The position numbers and the translations under genes were made by a program. From Lama glama (lineage: Eukaryota): a stretch of DNA of 64,000 bases. The stretch covers positions 90,150,001 to 90,214,000 of the forward strand of contig CM052816.1 in NCBI GenBank assembly GCA_028534125.1, written 5' to 3'. This document shows positions 49,931-63,220 of this stretch, one piece after another. Position 1 is the first letter of the stretch; each line of letters opens with the position of its first letter. Under the pieces are notes generated by a model. That model was not told the origin of the DNA and did not search any database. It worked only from the letters and a program-made list of their open reading frames with translations.

Positions 49931-52900
49931 CCGATATGTGAATAGCTAATGAACAGAGACAGTTCCTGTGTATTATCACATACCAAAGAAAAGTGAGAAA
50001 AGCCTTTTTGCAAGGAGTCAGGCTGTGGAGTGAAAGCAATCAGACAAATAACTAAAATCCGATAAAGTGCCATCAAGGTATAAAGCAATGAGGACATTTC
50101 AAAATTAAAAAAAATAACAACACACATCCCGTTGTTTGGAATCAGCCAGAGCTCAGTGGAGGATCAGGAGAAAGCTTCGAATCAAGGAAGACACAGGTTG
50201 CTTTGGAGGAAAGAACAGCTATGTAAAGGTCTTCAATCAGAAAGGAAGAAAATTGACAGGTTTTTTTTAACATTGCATGGAGTTTTGGACTGCATAATTT
50301 TTAACCAAAATAGAAAATGCTTTCAAGGTTTTATTTATTTATTTATTTGATTTAATTTAATTTAATAGTGTAGCAAGACCCATAAGGGCCATTTGTAAAG
50401 ATAATATCTAATTTTGTGAAGTCACAGGTTGACGTATTCACTATGTGCTCCTCAGGTTCCAAAATTAATTGAATTTCAGGGAAGTAGAGGGCAAAGAATT
50501 ATCTTTATATTCAACACAGTCTAATAAAAAGCTCAATTTCTATAGGTTGAAACACATGAAATAGTCAATGTCCGGACATTTTTGGACCTTCCAAACCCAG
50601 TTTATACAGTTCAACTTAATAAATGAAATTGTATTTATAAATTATAGGTCTGCTTTCCAAATACTGCATTTAGGATATATTGTAAGTTCCATATTCAGTT
50701 AACCTTGTAAATCATCCAAATCAATGACAGAGCAATTATAACTTAGAAACAAAATTTTATAATTCTTTAATATGCTGAGTAAAATAACATGCTATACACT
50801 TAACGAAGGATAACATTGACTTATGTATTTACTGTATTCTGCATGACAGAAGGCATAACAGAGGAAAAATTATTTAAAAATCATTTTGGATAAATCATAG
50901 GCTACTCCAAAATTGTCATAGAAACAGCTTGCTTTCTCTACCATTTCCTATTCTATTTTTAGCTAGCTCATGTAGTAACTGATGACATCTCAATGAAAGT
51001 ATCAGATACGGCATTCAAAATGCATTAGTGCTGTGCTGTTGTAATACCAGTCTCTTTTCTGGGTGCACATTAGAGTTTCAGGACCATGCACCTGGCAAAG
51101 AATGAGATGCTATTATGAAACAGCTATTTAAATGTGAATTGCTCTTCAAGTTGCCACTGGTAATAGCAGACTTAAAAGAAATGTTCTCCATTTCAAAAAA
51201 TTAACAATCTCTAGGGAGAGATATTTTCAAAGAGTCACTTAAGACTTAGGGCACTTTCCTTTAGATCACAAAAATTACCGTACCTCCCAGAGCGCACTAC
51301 CCCAGGGATGTATTCTTGAGCCTTTATATTCTCATAAACTTTATTAAACTTGCTGACTTCAAGATCTACTCAAACTTTAAATCTTAAATGTAATTTCTAA
51401 ACCTTAAAACAAGATGATTTGTTTTTTTTTTTTGCCTCACACGCCTAAGTCCAGGTGCAGAAATATTACTAGGTGTAATAACTCTGGAAACTGGGTGCAA
51501 TTCTATGGTCTCTATCCTTTACAACCTACAGAATAGATCATTGGTAAAGGAGGCCAAATTCAATTAGACGTTTTCAGATCTGCAGATGTGACTTAGAAAT
51601 AGTACAATCGTATTTGAATGCCCCCAATTCACTTTCTACAGGAAAGAAAAAATAATGTCAGTATAGAAAGGATTCCCTGAATATTCATTTATATTAATTC
51701 CTAATTTAAATGGAATAGTTTTGCTGTCATTATATTTTAGCTATCTTTCTTTGGAAGTTAGTTCTGTATAATCATATATAGAACCATGTGCTTCTCTCTC
51801 TATATATAGCCATATAGTCACTGTGATGACAATTTGCTGTTCTTATTTAAAAGGAACAAACCAACATGATTAATTTATTTCCTCTTTGAATTATTTTTTT
51901 TTAATTTTAAAATGCCCTTTAGTGATCACTTTGGAAGGCTGCCCAATATATGTATCCTTTCCCATGTTTGAAGAATCCCTTCCTTATTAGTCTAGGCAAG
52001 GGACAGAAAATAAAAAGATAATACCTCTCCTATAACAAAATTCTAGATCCTTGGTTTTCCAGCCTGCTCTCTACTTGATACGTGGGCATGTGACTTAAGC
52101 TTCTTCAAGCAATGCAACTTGCCTGACTGTGTCAGAAGGCTCGTGACACATGTAGAAGGGGATGCCTTTGTGTCAGACTCTCTCTCTCTCTGTTTATCTG
52201 TTTCCTAAAGACATCAGGTTCTCCTGATGCATCAAAAGAAGCATCTTATGCTTTGCACGTGGCTACAGCTTAATTGAATTCAAAGTGCAAAAGAAAAAGC
52301 ATTCCTTTTTTTTCCTGGTTAAGTTAGTTTCTTTACTACTGTAGCTTACTCTCTTTGTTTTCTGAGTTTGTGAAATGTGCAACTCTAGAGATCTTATGTT
52401 TATAAAATATGATGTTAAAACAACATTTTATTCTGTCTATATAACATTTCATTACATTAAGATAAACACATCTTTGTTGAAGTTCCAGCTTTCTTTATTT
52501 AAACATACAAAAAGTTAAATTTTATGGGAATTCCATAAACTTGGATGCATCTCAGAATAGAAGATCGATTTTGTATCCTTGTACCTCTAATGTTAAATAT
52601 ACTATGCTTTGGTGAATCATATTTCAGAATTTAAGAAAAAAATAATAAAATCTAATATAGTTTTCTGAACATAACATACAACAATTCAATGATATGATTT
52701 GATGTTTATGCACAAAAATAACTTACAACACTCATGGTTTGGTTTGGTTTGGTTTCAAAAATGTAACTATAAACCAAACCGCCATAAAAGTACAGGATTT
52801 TGGAGAAAGAGGAGGGACTTCAGTTTGTCAATTTCAACCGCATTCCTTTGAAAATTGGAGACAAAGGATCAGAGAGGCCAATGAGTCAACCATGGTCATA

Positions 52901-53796
52901 CAAAGACCTAGGAAAATTATGACAATAACTCAGGTTCTTTTGACTTATAGTGAATTCTCTTTCCATTACACCAATAAGTCTTTTTTCATGACTAATGAAT
53001 TTAAACCGTTTTGGCTCCATTTCAAAATAAGCAGGCTAAAGGAAAGATTTTTAAAGTTACAAATATGGTGAGGCCAAATAGTAAATAAAAGGAGATATTA
53101 AAAGCCAGAACATAGGACACCATATGCTTGAAACAGCATCATAGGGTCCAAGACAGAACACTTAGAAAATATTTGGTTTGCAGTGCATCTATTCTGCAAA
53201 CAAAATATGAGAATTGTCAATAGACATCCTCTTGCTGTGTTACTTATGCAGGTCTGTTAGTTTAAAGAGTGCTTCTCTTCACTGTGATAAAATCAGAAGT
53301 ACTGTTCTCCATATTAAAAGTTAAGATGAGATTCAAAGAGATAAACAATCTACCAACATGCTCAGAACCAGCAAATGCATCAAAAATCTAGATTTCAGGT
53401 GTCCTGCTGTGTAGGGTTGTGGTCCTTCCTTTGTATTATGCTGCCTCAGTTGGGAAGCCCATTTCTTCCCAATACCAACCGCCACATCCAAAATCATATA
53501 TTCTAGGACGGAAATTTTGGCGTCAACTACGGCATTTTATAAAAAGAAACTTTAATATTTCCTAAAAGATGAATGTATACAGGGCTTATATATTTTGATT
53601 GGTGAGGAGTAGACATTGAATAAATAAACATTGAATAAGGGAAGAAATAAACATACTCATGAATTAAAAAACAGAATAACATACAAATCAATAAGGGGTG
53701 GAGACTACACCTTTCATTTGATGAGGAGCGTGAGGTGCAGGATGGGATGAAGGTCAAGAAAATGGCTTGAGGAAATAGCTTCACTAGCAGAGTATT

Positions 53797-53877
53797 TATT
53801 AGATGAAACCATAAGAAATCAATGACATTTGACTATTTAGAACCACAACAAATAGCAGTTTCATGTGCAGCCTAATA
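53797..53877. mobile_element. MADE2-like Tc1/mariner MITE
   Basis: ~80-bp imperfect palindrome TATTAGATGAAACCATAAGAAAT...AGTTTCATGTGCAGCCTAATA with TA ends. Confidence 0.65.
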
Positions 53878-56800
53878 ATTTCTTACTGATAGCTCATGAT
53901 ATTTCATATTACTCATCATTTTCATTTATCTGATTACTAACAGTTTTTCTTAGTTGTGTTTGTCAAAATCCTATGACAATCCCAACAAAGGAATGAAACT
54001 TAAAACACAGAGATAAAATTGTTCGTTGTAAAATTTAAAACTTCTCTCTATGTACAATGTTAAAATGATACATGTTTGCTGGAATAAATCTAAGGTTGTG
54101 TTCCTCAGGGCTAAATCTTAGCTTATTTTTAATATATGCTAGTGACATAGCCTTAGGATACTTTAATATCTCATTTTTTTCTATGACTGCATGAATTTCC
54201 CAAACCCAGTAGCTACAGTAGCCCGATCGCTCCTTTGGGTAAGTAGGAAAAAAGTGCCTCTTCATTTGGAGGACATAGCTTTACAAGGGCAAATGTCTTG
54301 AAGAGTAAATCCCAGGCCCCACTTGTCTTCTTGTCCAAGTGAACATGTGCAGTGCACAACCTGCACAACAATTCATGGAGAACCTCTGCATGGTATGAGA
54401 TTTTGGTCTAAATCAGAAATGATTTAGTTTTTCCTAGTTGTTATGATTCCTGATTATAAGGAACAAAGCAGGTATTACAGCTCAGGAATATATCTAAAAA
54501 TCAGTCCAAAGTATATTGGTCATTTATTATACAAAATTATACTAAATAGCACTCAGATAGTAACAGTGGATTCAGTTGAAAAAATTTTGTGTTTTTTGTC
54601 AAATGTCTAAACCTGTTGAAGGACCTCACTTTTTTATTTGTATGGTGTGTCTGGGCAGGTAGGGCTTTACTTAAAATTTGGAATCAGCTTCAAAGGGAGC
54701 TCCCTTTATAATCTGTCTTAGGGCAAAATTCCTTGGTCATAATGAGACCTAATATTACCTTCTTTGAAGCCAGTTAACTAGGCAAGTCCCTGCATTCAAT
54801 TTAGCAGAAATGTTGAAGAAAATTTCAGGCAACTGTTTTGGCCAGAGAAGACTCACAGAAATTCTGTAAAAGCTGCATAAAATCTATCTTTTTGAGAGAG
54901 GGGTACAGAGATTTTGGTGCCACACACTTGAGGGCAATAGTAAATGGGCACAATTTTTTACTTCTAAGTTTTCCCCAAGAGAGGAAAAACGAATAAGTAA
55001 GTAAATAGTGAAATAAATACATGAATAGATACATAATCAGTAGTCAGGAAGTGCAGGCATAAAAAGAGAGGTGCTGGGAACCAGCCAAACCACCACAAAG
55101 CGAAGGTTCCTATCCGGAACCTGGAATGTTGAAGTGGGCTCTCTAATTTTGGAAGCCCTAATGTGTTTTGAAAATTAATTCTTTTAATTTTATTAAAAGT
55201 GATATATCATTCAGAAACTATAAACACTTGCTTCCTGATATCAGGGTTAATTTATTCTCTTAATGATCCTTAATAGTCCAATCTCTCATCCAGCTAAATG
55301 AGCCCTACAAATTTTAATAGTTCAAAAAAAAAAAGGATTATGCTATTTAAAGAAGTACTAAATATCCAAAGGGAAAGCCACAATTCCAGAAATCTTCTGC
55401 AATTTTAATTATTATATTTTATGAGAACAATATTATCAGACACAGTTATAGCAGAAAAACTGGTTTCTAAGGGGAAACTTCAATCTTTTGTTTACTTTTA
55501 GGCCTTACAGAATGCACCTGCTCATCTGCAAGGGAAAAGCAGTGCAGTCCTGTGCTAATCCTGAAGACGTTTGTATGTTTAAATTATCTTTTTATTGCAA
55601 ATCATAGCATTTCAGGATGCTCAATAGTAAATAGCTTTGCAATAAAAAAAAATATGTAGGGGAAAAACTGATTTCAAATACCTTTGAGTAGAGACCTCTA
55701 GCTATTAAGTTCAAGGCTTTCTAGAACGCTTACAGTCTACTTGCTAACATTCTGGTACAAAAGTAACTTAAATAGTTGGACTAGCTTTGTTTTTTCCTGA
55801 AACCATCTATTAACTACCAGTCTAGGCAAAGTTTTAGGAAGCTAAGAGATGGACGGCGGGCCTAATCCATAGTGTTAGAAATATAACCATGCCTAAAAGA
55901 TGATTTTAAACTTTAGTAAAAGTTTAGCAAAACACTTATTTAAATGTTTGTATTTCTATATCAAGGTCACTAAAACAAGGAGGAAGCCTAAAATAATGGC
56001 AGTAATGTACAAGCTAAAAACATATGTATAATACTGCACAGGGAGAGAGGAAATCTAATGCCCACGGTAGTCCATGTATTGTGTAACTTTCACCAGTATT
56101 TTTTTTTCCTTCAGAAGAAGAAAATATTTGGCTCTCACGTTCAACTATTCATAAAACTTTAAAGACGTAATTTTACATATTTGGTTCATAATACAGTCTA
56201 ATTTTGAGGCCGAATATTTATAAAATGAATATAATTTGTCTGGTCCCTAAAGGAAAAAAGAAACAAGCTTTTGTGATGTTTTATAATTTCCTATACAATG
56301 ATTTCTGTATGTACATGTTATTGAGCTTGTATACTAGTATGCATTTTAAATAAAAATTAATAAAAGAATTGAAAGCTCCAAGTTCATAGAACAAGAATTT
56401 CAAATATATTATAATATATAAGTTATGGAACTTGACTGACTAAGGAAACAAAATGTTATTAGACCAATAAATCATGGTGAATTATTCTTTTCAATGTGCC
56501 TGGCAAAGACAATTATAAGAGTCAGTCATATCAAACGATCTTGGGAGAAAATATCTCAGTTCTATTGATAGCATTCCAATTATACGAAAAAAATGCTTCA
56601 AAACCATTTTACACAGCTTTGATATTACAATTTATATAAATAATATCAAAATCTAATGAAAGCCTCAGATACAGACTTAAGCCTTACTTATGAATAGAGA
56701 TGAAAAAGTCATAAAAATATAACCTAAAAGCATATTAAAAGATAAATACTCTATAATCAAAAAGGATACATTCCAGAAATGCAAAAATGAAATGATATTA

Positions 56801-57139
56801 GAAAATCTAACCATATATTTCATCACATTTCTAGATTTTAAATTTTTTAATGATATTTAAATATATAATAAAAAATCTAATTAAAACTTGTAGAATATTA
56901 TATGTAGAAAGAGGCTTCATTTTTATTATAAAGGATTTTATCTCCAACCAACAGCTAGGAATATTTATAAAGATGAAACTCTAATTTATTACAAGGATTT
57001 TAGCAATAACACCACCAAAAAAAAAAACCTTAATGGAAAACCCTATTATATGAAAATCAGGCAAACAGTGTTTTTTGAGAAATAGAAAAAAGAACATCAC
57101 TACCATCACCTCATTCTACTTCCCACCAACCCCTCCCCA

Positions 57140-57540
57140 CTCACAAGATGGCCTTGAGTGGCCAACAGGTAATTCCATTCCCCACTCAAGATGATTCAGA
57201 AACGGATGATTCGAGACGAAGACCACCACTCCCGTGTCACAGTGTCACTTACATAAGGGGAACATAAAGTTAGCTTATTGAGGACATCTGAGTAAAGTTT
57301 CCAGAAACTAAAGACAAAGCCCCAGGAAGGAGCAACTTCCACATTCTTCTGGATGTTACTGTCTGTGTCGTGATGCCCTGAAGTCTCGCAGACATCTTAC
57401 TGTCTGAAGATGAACCAGACCCCTCAAAACTCAGAGCTACAGCGTGAGGACAACCCTGAAGCCTCTCTCTCCCCAGTTGTTCAGTTGTTTCAGTTGAGAA
57501 GTCAGTTTTTAATGGGTTTTCTTTTCCTTACAATCAACAG
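57140..57540 (+). mobile_element. Old MaLR LTR (MLT1J/K-like)
   Basis: TTCTTCTGGATGTTACTGTCTGTGTCGTGATGCC...GCAGACATCTT...GGGTTTTCT. Confidence 0.55.
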
Positions 57541-57675
57541 CAGGAGTCAGCAAATTTCAGAAAAGGGCCGGATAGTATTTTAGGCTCTGTGGACGATACG
57601 ATGTCTGTTACTAAACACTGATGTTTTATTGCAAAAGCAGTCCAAGGCAATAATAAACAGAGACGTGGTCATAAA
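57541..57675. mobile_element. MER58A-like hAT-Charlie fragment
   Basis: CAGGAGTCAGCAAATTTC...AAAGGGCCGGATAGTATTTTAGGCTCTGTGG...AAAGCAG. Confidence 0.75.
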
Positions 57676-57689
57676 GGCCAAAATATGTC

Positions 57690-59230
57690 ATAAAGATACT
57701 CATTTATGTTTTCTTCTGTAACTTTTATAGTTTTAAGATTTACATTAAGGATTTTGAACCATTTTGAACTAATATTGGAATATGAGGCAAAGGATAGGTA
57801 TGTTCCAGCAATGTTTATTCCTTGAAAAACTATCCTCTCTCTGCTGAATTGCGTTTGCATCTTTGTCAAAAATCCTTCAAAGGCATATGTCTAGGTCCAT
57901 TTCTGGACTCTGTTATTTCCCATTGATCTGTTTGTCTATCAATAGCACACTGCTGGTTACTCTAGCTTTAAAATAAATCTAGAATTCAAGCAATATAAGT
58001 CTTCCAACTTTGCTTTCTTTTTTAATGGTGTTTATTCATTTTGATATTAATTTTAAAATCAGCTGGTCAGTTTCTACAAAAAAGACTGTGAGGATTTCGA
58101 TTGGGATTGTACCAAATTTAGAGATCATTTTGGGTAGAACTGACATAATTTCACTACTGAGTTTTCTGATTCAGCAACATGGTACATCTAACCATTTATT
58201 TAGATATTCTTTAATTTTTCAAAAAAGTGTTTTGCAGTTTTCAGTGTACAAGTCTGATACAGCTTTTGTTAGGTGTATCCCAATGTACAAAATATTTCAA
58301 AACTATTATAAATGATATTTGTAATTTAAATTTCTTTGTGTGTGTGTGTGTGTGTGTGTGTGTTTGAACTGGGTTGATCAACACTGCTAAGAATATTTAC
58401 TCTTTGTCTAGCTGAACCTGACAAGATATTCTAAAGTATTTTTTTTAAAGTAGCTCTATGGTCAAAAGTTGACCAAATAGGAAGCTGATAATCAGAACTA
58501 ATAGTGACTTTTTTTTTTAATATCTTCTCCCTGAAGCTAAAATGAAACTGTGTACCCAGAGGGAAAGAAAATCATTCTGAAGCATTCCAGACTTCACTAA
58601 AACATTTCAAACTCTAAATCTAGAACATAGGAATCTTTTGATTTCTATGTTAGTTGAAGATCTTTTCTTTGATAAAAAGAAGCGAATTGCGGACAGGATA
58701 GTTGGATGAATAGAATTGATATCATTCAGGTTGCGACTCAGTTTTTGAGGAAGTAAGGAACAACTGTACTGTCTTATTAATCCAGTCTTCCCAAAAACAT
58801 ACTTGCAGCTCTAGAAACATTCCAAGCTCACCTATCCTTTTACTAATCCTCAAAACTCCCTTATCCATCTCAAAAGGTTCCTAGATATTGTAAAAGATCT
58901 GAATTTAAGAAACAGAAGCCCTCCTTGGAGAAACATTCTTTCCCAGTGGCTTTGAGATATAAATGTTCTACTTGGTCCCCTCTAGGAAGGACTGTTAATT
59001 TTTAGTATATAGATTTTTATATGTTGGTCCTGTGTACTGTGTTCTTGCTAAACTTACTTTTTAGTTTTGGTAGCATTTTTATAGAGTTCTTAGAATTTTC
59101 TACATATATAGGCAATTATGTTATCTGTGAATAAATAATGTTCTAATTATTATTTTATAATCTACATCTCTTTCATATGTTTTAACCTTATTAAACTGTC
59201 TAAGATTTTCAGGACAGTGTTTAACAGATT
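57690..59230 (-). mobile_element. Old L1M ORF2 fragment, split by an insert at 58335-58990
   Basis: Antisense ORF2 hallmarks on both sides of the insert; collinear with the uninterrupted L1M at 27800-27930. Confidence 0.8.
58335..58990. other. Unassigned ~650-bp insert headed by (TG)13
   Basis: Interrupts a collinear L1M; no recognised repeat, no clear TSD, no ORF of 60 aa or more. Confidence 0.55.
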
Positions 59231-59284
59231 TTTTTTAAACAAAAGATTTTTAAAATAAAAAAATTAATATTCAGCTGGTCTGAA

Positions 59285-59760
59285 ATTTGGTACATTATTA
59301 AGTGAAAAATTGGAGTCACAGAAATATATATACGTGTGCATATGTGTGTGCAAAGAGAGAGACTTATCCTATACATATTGCAAAAATGAGTCTATGAAAC
59401 TATTATGTATGTATCTCTGTGCATATGTGTATCTAGCTAGCTAGCTAGCTAGGAGTGCACAAACAAAAATGTTTGCAAAGACACACTATAAATCACCAAT
59501 AGTGTTTAATTTGTAAAGGCTGAGCATAGGGAAATAACTCAGACCTTACACATTTACACATAATTTACTACATATAATTTTTTTACTTTTTATAATGGGA
59601 TTATACCATTCATACAATTGAACATATATATTTAAAAAATAAAGGTAACAAAATAGATAAAATATAGACAAAGATTGTAAAAGTGACTCTCTCAGGAAGG
59701 TGTTATCATAGTGTTTTTCATATTCTTCTATGTACTTCTTTGTATTTTTTTTCTTATAAT
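59285..59760 (+). mobile_element. Old L1ME-like 3' UTR fragments
   Basis: CATTATTAAGTGAAAAA...TTTGCAAAGACACACTATAAA...TTTTTTTCTTATAATGAACATGAATT. Confidence 0.5.
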
Positions 59761-60689
59761 GAACATGAATTCTGAAAAAAGAAGGTATTTTTTCTTCTTA
59801 AATATGTCCCCATGAGAAAGTGTTAATACATCAAAAATACTATGAAAGCTATTCAATTTCAGCACTACAATCAGTATGAGCTGATTGAAGAATGAGAAAC
59901 TAAATTCTAGGTGATTCAAAATAAACTGCCAGAATCTATTTCCAAAGCCAGAAATACTTCCTTTGAAATTCAAAGTCATGAGAATGTCATCTTAGATATC
60001 AGGATTTAATTTTACTGAAACCATTAATCAATGTTTGTTCCTAGCACTGATGTTTTTATGAAGGCTTTAGAACCATGGTATCAAAAATATCCAAGCAGAA
60101 TTATCACTTGCGACTCATACATTATGGGTGAGGTTGTTCATGTCTTCTAAATGTGTAATTTATTTTTTTAATATATGTGACACTTAATGCCATTTACTCC
60201 CTGTAAAATGGAAAGTCAGTTACAAAAAGAAAAGTTCTACTTTTCATTATAAGGCCGTTCTTTAAATTTTTATATTTAAGTGTCAATACACACGTGCACG
60301 CCTGCATGAACGTGTACACTCACATACACACTCTCATTGGTTTTGTTAATTGGTTTAGAGCAATCAGAATTCTCCTTAGGCAATAGTAATGCAAAGTGAC
60401 ATGATATCTCTATTTTTGCACATTTTGTCAATGCTCTGAAATCATTAGCAGTCTCACTTTTTTAGTGTTGTATTTTTAAACTACACATTTCTTGAGCCGG
60501 ATGTGTAATAGTATTGCTTTTTAATGTTTCAAATTACATAGGACCAACAGCAGTGAAAGCATTGTTTCTGAGTCATTCTGTATCCTGCTCTTGGCAGCCC
60601 AGCCTACCACTTCTTCTATACTATGCACCCTTTACATGGTTCATGTATGTACCATTTTGACATTAACAATGTTGCAGGTGAAGAATAAT

Positions 60690-61112
60690 GTGAAAGGCAA
60701 GATAAAACTGTGAATCTCTTTAACTTACAAACTCAGGGGTATCTAGGCTGGTGCTGGTGCAGTAGCTCACCTCCACCAAGTCCTCAGGTAGTATGATGCC
60801 TTCTAGCCCACCACATCACCATGCCTAAGATGGTTCATTTCCTGATGACCTAATTTGGCAACTTCTACAATCCAAACAGCCAAAGGAGAAGGCAAGAATG
60901 ATGAAAGAATGGGGCCAAAGGTTTCCTAAACTGCTGTAGAATATATCCTCTGAAGGCACACTAGTTATAGTTCACTCACATGACCACAACAAGATGCAAA
61001 GAAGATTGAGAAATGTAATTTTAAGTTCTGTTGTTTATCTACTTAGCTAAAAACTCTATTAAAATGAAGTGAAGGGAGAATTAGTCTTAAGGGAAATTAT
61101 CAACCTACCTCA
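60690..61112 (-). mobile_element. Old MaLR LTR (MLT1I/J-like)
   Basis: TCTAGGCTGGTG...TCACATGACCACAACAAGATGCAAAGAAGATTGAGAAATGTAATTTT...GAAGGGAGAA. Confidence 0.7.
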
Positions 61113-61252
61113 CTGATCCACTTTTACTTCCAAGACCTAAAAATGTCAGTCAACCTATTTACTCAGTGATTCAGCCTGATCTGTTTCATGATGTCTCATT
61201 TCTTTCAGTGGTCTGGTATGTGTGGTTGCCTGTGTACCAGGACCTTCTAAGC

Positions 61253-61301
61253 ATTTATTATTATTATTGTTATCATTATTATTGTTGTTGTTACTATTAT
61301 T
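61253..61301. repeat. (TTA/TTG)n trinucleotide repeat
   Basis: Directly visible; produces the poly-Asn run in ORF 61155-61382. Confidence 0.9.
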
Positions 61302-62959
61302 CAGTTTGTTGAATATTACCCCATTCTGTTGAAACAGAATTTCCTGGGATAGGGTCTCATTCTGTATTTTTAATGGTAACAAAAATGGTTCTTAGGGGCC
61401 TTCTCTGGCCCTTGTGTATATAATAAATACCTATCTAGACACCACATAGTTATGTCTGGCTTATGAAAAACAAATCACCATAAAAGCATCATAATAGTAA
61501 AGATTTACATCACTAAATCATGCCTACTTTAGGCCAAAACATATTTCCTAGCTCCCTTGTTTTGTTCCATCTATCTCTATGGGTTTCTCACTCTCCCATA
61601 TTCAAATCAAAACTGGGATATAAGGAATTTCATCATGCACATGGGAATTGCTTCTCCAGGGACATTCACTTTCTAAGACTTTTCTTTAGTTAGCTAGAGA
61701 TCCAGGGTTGGCCTCTCTCCAAGTTATTGCAGGTACGGCTGAAACACGAAGTGCTGACATCTGAGCCATCCTCGGGACCCTAAAACCCTACCAGAAAGGA
61801 TGCTTGCCACCATGTCTAGAGGGAGGACATTTTGAGGACTCGTTCCTCAAAATCCACTACATCATAGATGTAGTTGTCTTAGTTTGACAGCTCCCAGCAC
61901 AAGGAATGTCATTAGATGAAAGTCAATTGTTTATTTTAAAGCAAGACTAAGTCTTGCAGAGTGACCTAATTCACCTCCTCGCAAAATTTGGGCAAAAGGA
62001 GATGGTTTCTGGAAGATGGACTAGATTTTCGCTATGCTGCTCACCATCAATAATTCATTCTGAAGATAAATAAATGTACATGAAGAACAGATACCCTCTG
62101 CTCTGCTACTACAATGGGTCAAAATAAGTAATTTCATGTCTTTTTATGTTGTCTTTTATAATGAACTCGATTCACCTTGTTTTCAGGTTCAAGTGAGAAA
62201 CAGCTCTAGTTTATGCAAAAGTGATATTAAATTTTGTCAACCTACTGCTCCCACTGAGTTCTACGAACTCCTTGATTGAGAAAGCTGTAGGAATAAAGAA
62301 AAAGTTTGAAAATACATGTTTTAAATAGGCCAGGGAGGATATTTTCTTCATTTTATTCATACCCCATGCTGGAGTTTACTCAGAACCCTCTGTAGTCCCC
62401 CTGTTATTTTATGATTTTCAGGGGAAAAAAAAATGAAAAAACAGCAGGGGATCATCTTCAGACTTTATTTCTGTTTATTTGAACTTTTGAAAAAGGTTTT
62501 CTTCAATGAATTGCTTCAGGGCCCAAATACTTAGCTAAGTAGCAAACTATGAAAAGTAGATATTTTTAAATAATGATTTTTAATAACAGTAATAAGGAAG
62601 AGCTCACTCTTATTTAAATGGCTAACAAAGCTCATCATTGATATTCTATCCTCTATCCAATACATTTTTCCTTCTGTATCTAATTTTCCCATGTCCCACC
62701 TTTAGGTTTTTTTTTCCATGCCATGTCACTCTCTAATTTTCAACAATGACAACAAAAAGAACTTATTTAAAACAAAGAAGATTTAGTAATGTAGCAAGAG
62801 ATTTTAGGTAAGGCATAAAACTTGAATACTTACAAAATGAATTGTGTAACCCAGAAGGATTCTGGGACAATTTGGAAAAAGTATAAAGTTTGAGATCCAG
62901 GAAACCTGAGAAGCACAGTACACTATGTTCTATTATTGGAGACCATCAATGGTCATTGG

Positions 62960-63220
62960 CTAATGAGGAGAGGTGGTATATATTTTCTAACAGTTCAGAG
63001 TCCAGACTTCTGCTCTGTTCTGCTTTGGTCCATATAACTTCTTCAGCAGTTACTGTCTGTATAAATCCGACAAATTATTTAACCTAAGTCTAAATATCTT
63101 TAGTCCCCTAATGGGGTTAATAATATACCTCACAAGACTGTTGTGATGATCGTATGTGGATTTTATCATGGTGACCTGACCCAGAGCAAGCACTCAATAA
63201 TATTAGCTATTATTTATTAT
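62960..63220 (+). mobile_element. MIR SINE
   Basis: CAGAGTCCAGAC...CAAATTATTTAACCT...ATGGGGTTAATAATATACCTCACAAGACTGTTGTGATGAT...AAGCACTCAATAATATTAGCTATTAT. Confidence 0.8.

Noticed and set aside
58647..58985. Faint resemblance of the interrupted frame (FTNPQNSL...LSQWL) to filovirus VP24
   Set aside because: Only a few scattered residues match and the spacing is wrong; not supportable without a BLASTx/HMM search.
60542..60644. Possible exon (TTACATAG| ... |GTATGT) with two open frames
   Set aside because: Weak polypyrimidine tract, unrecognised peptides and no partner coding exons in the window.
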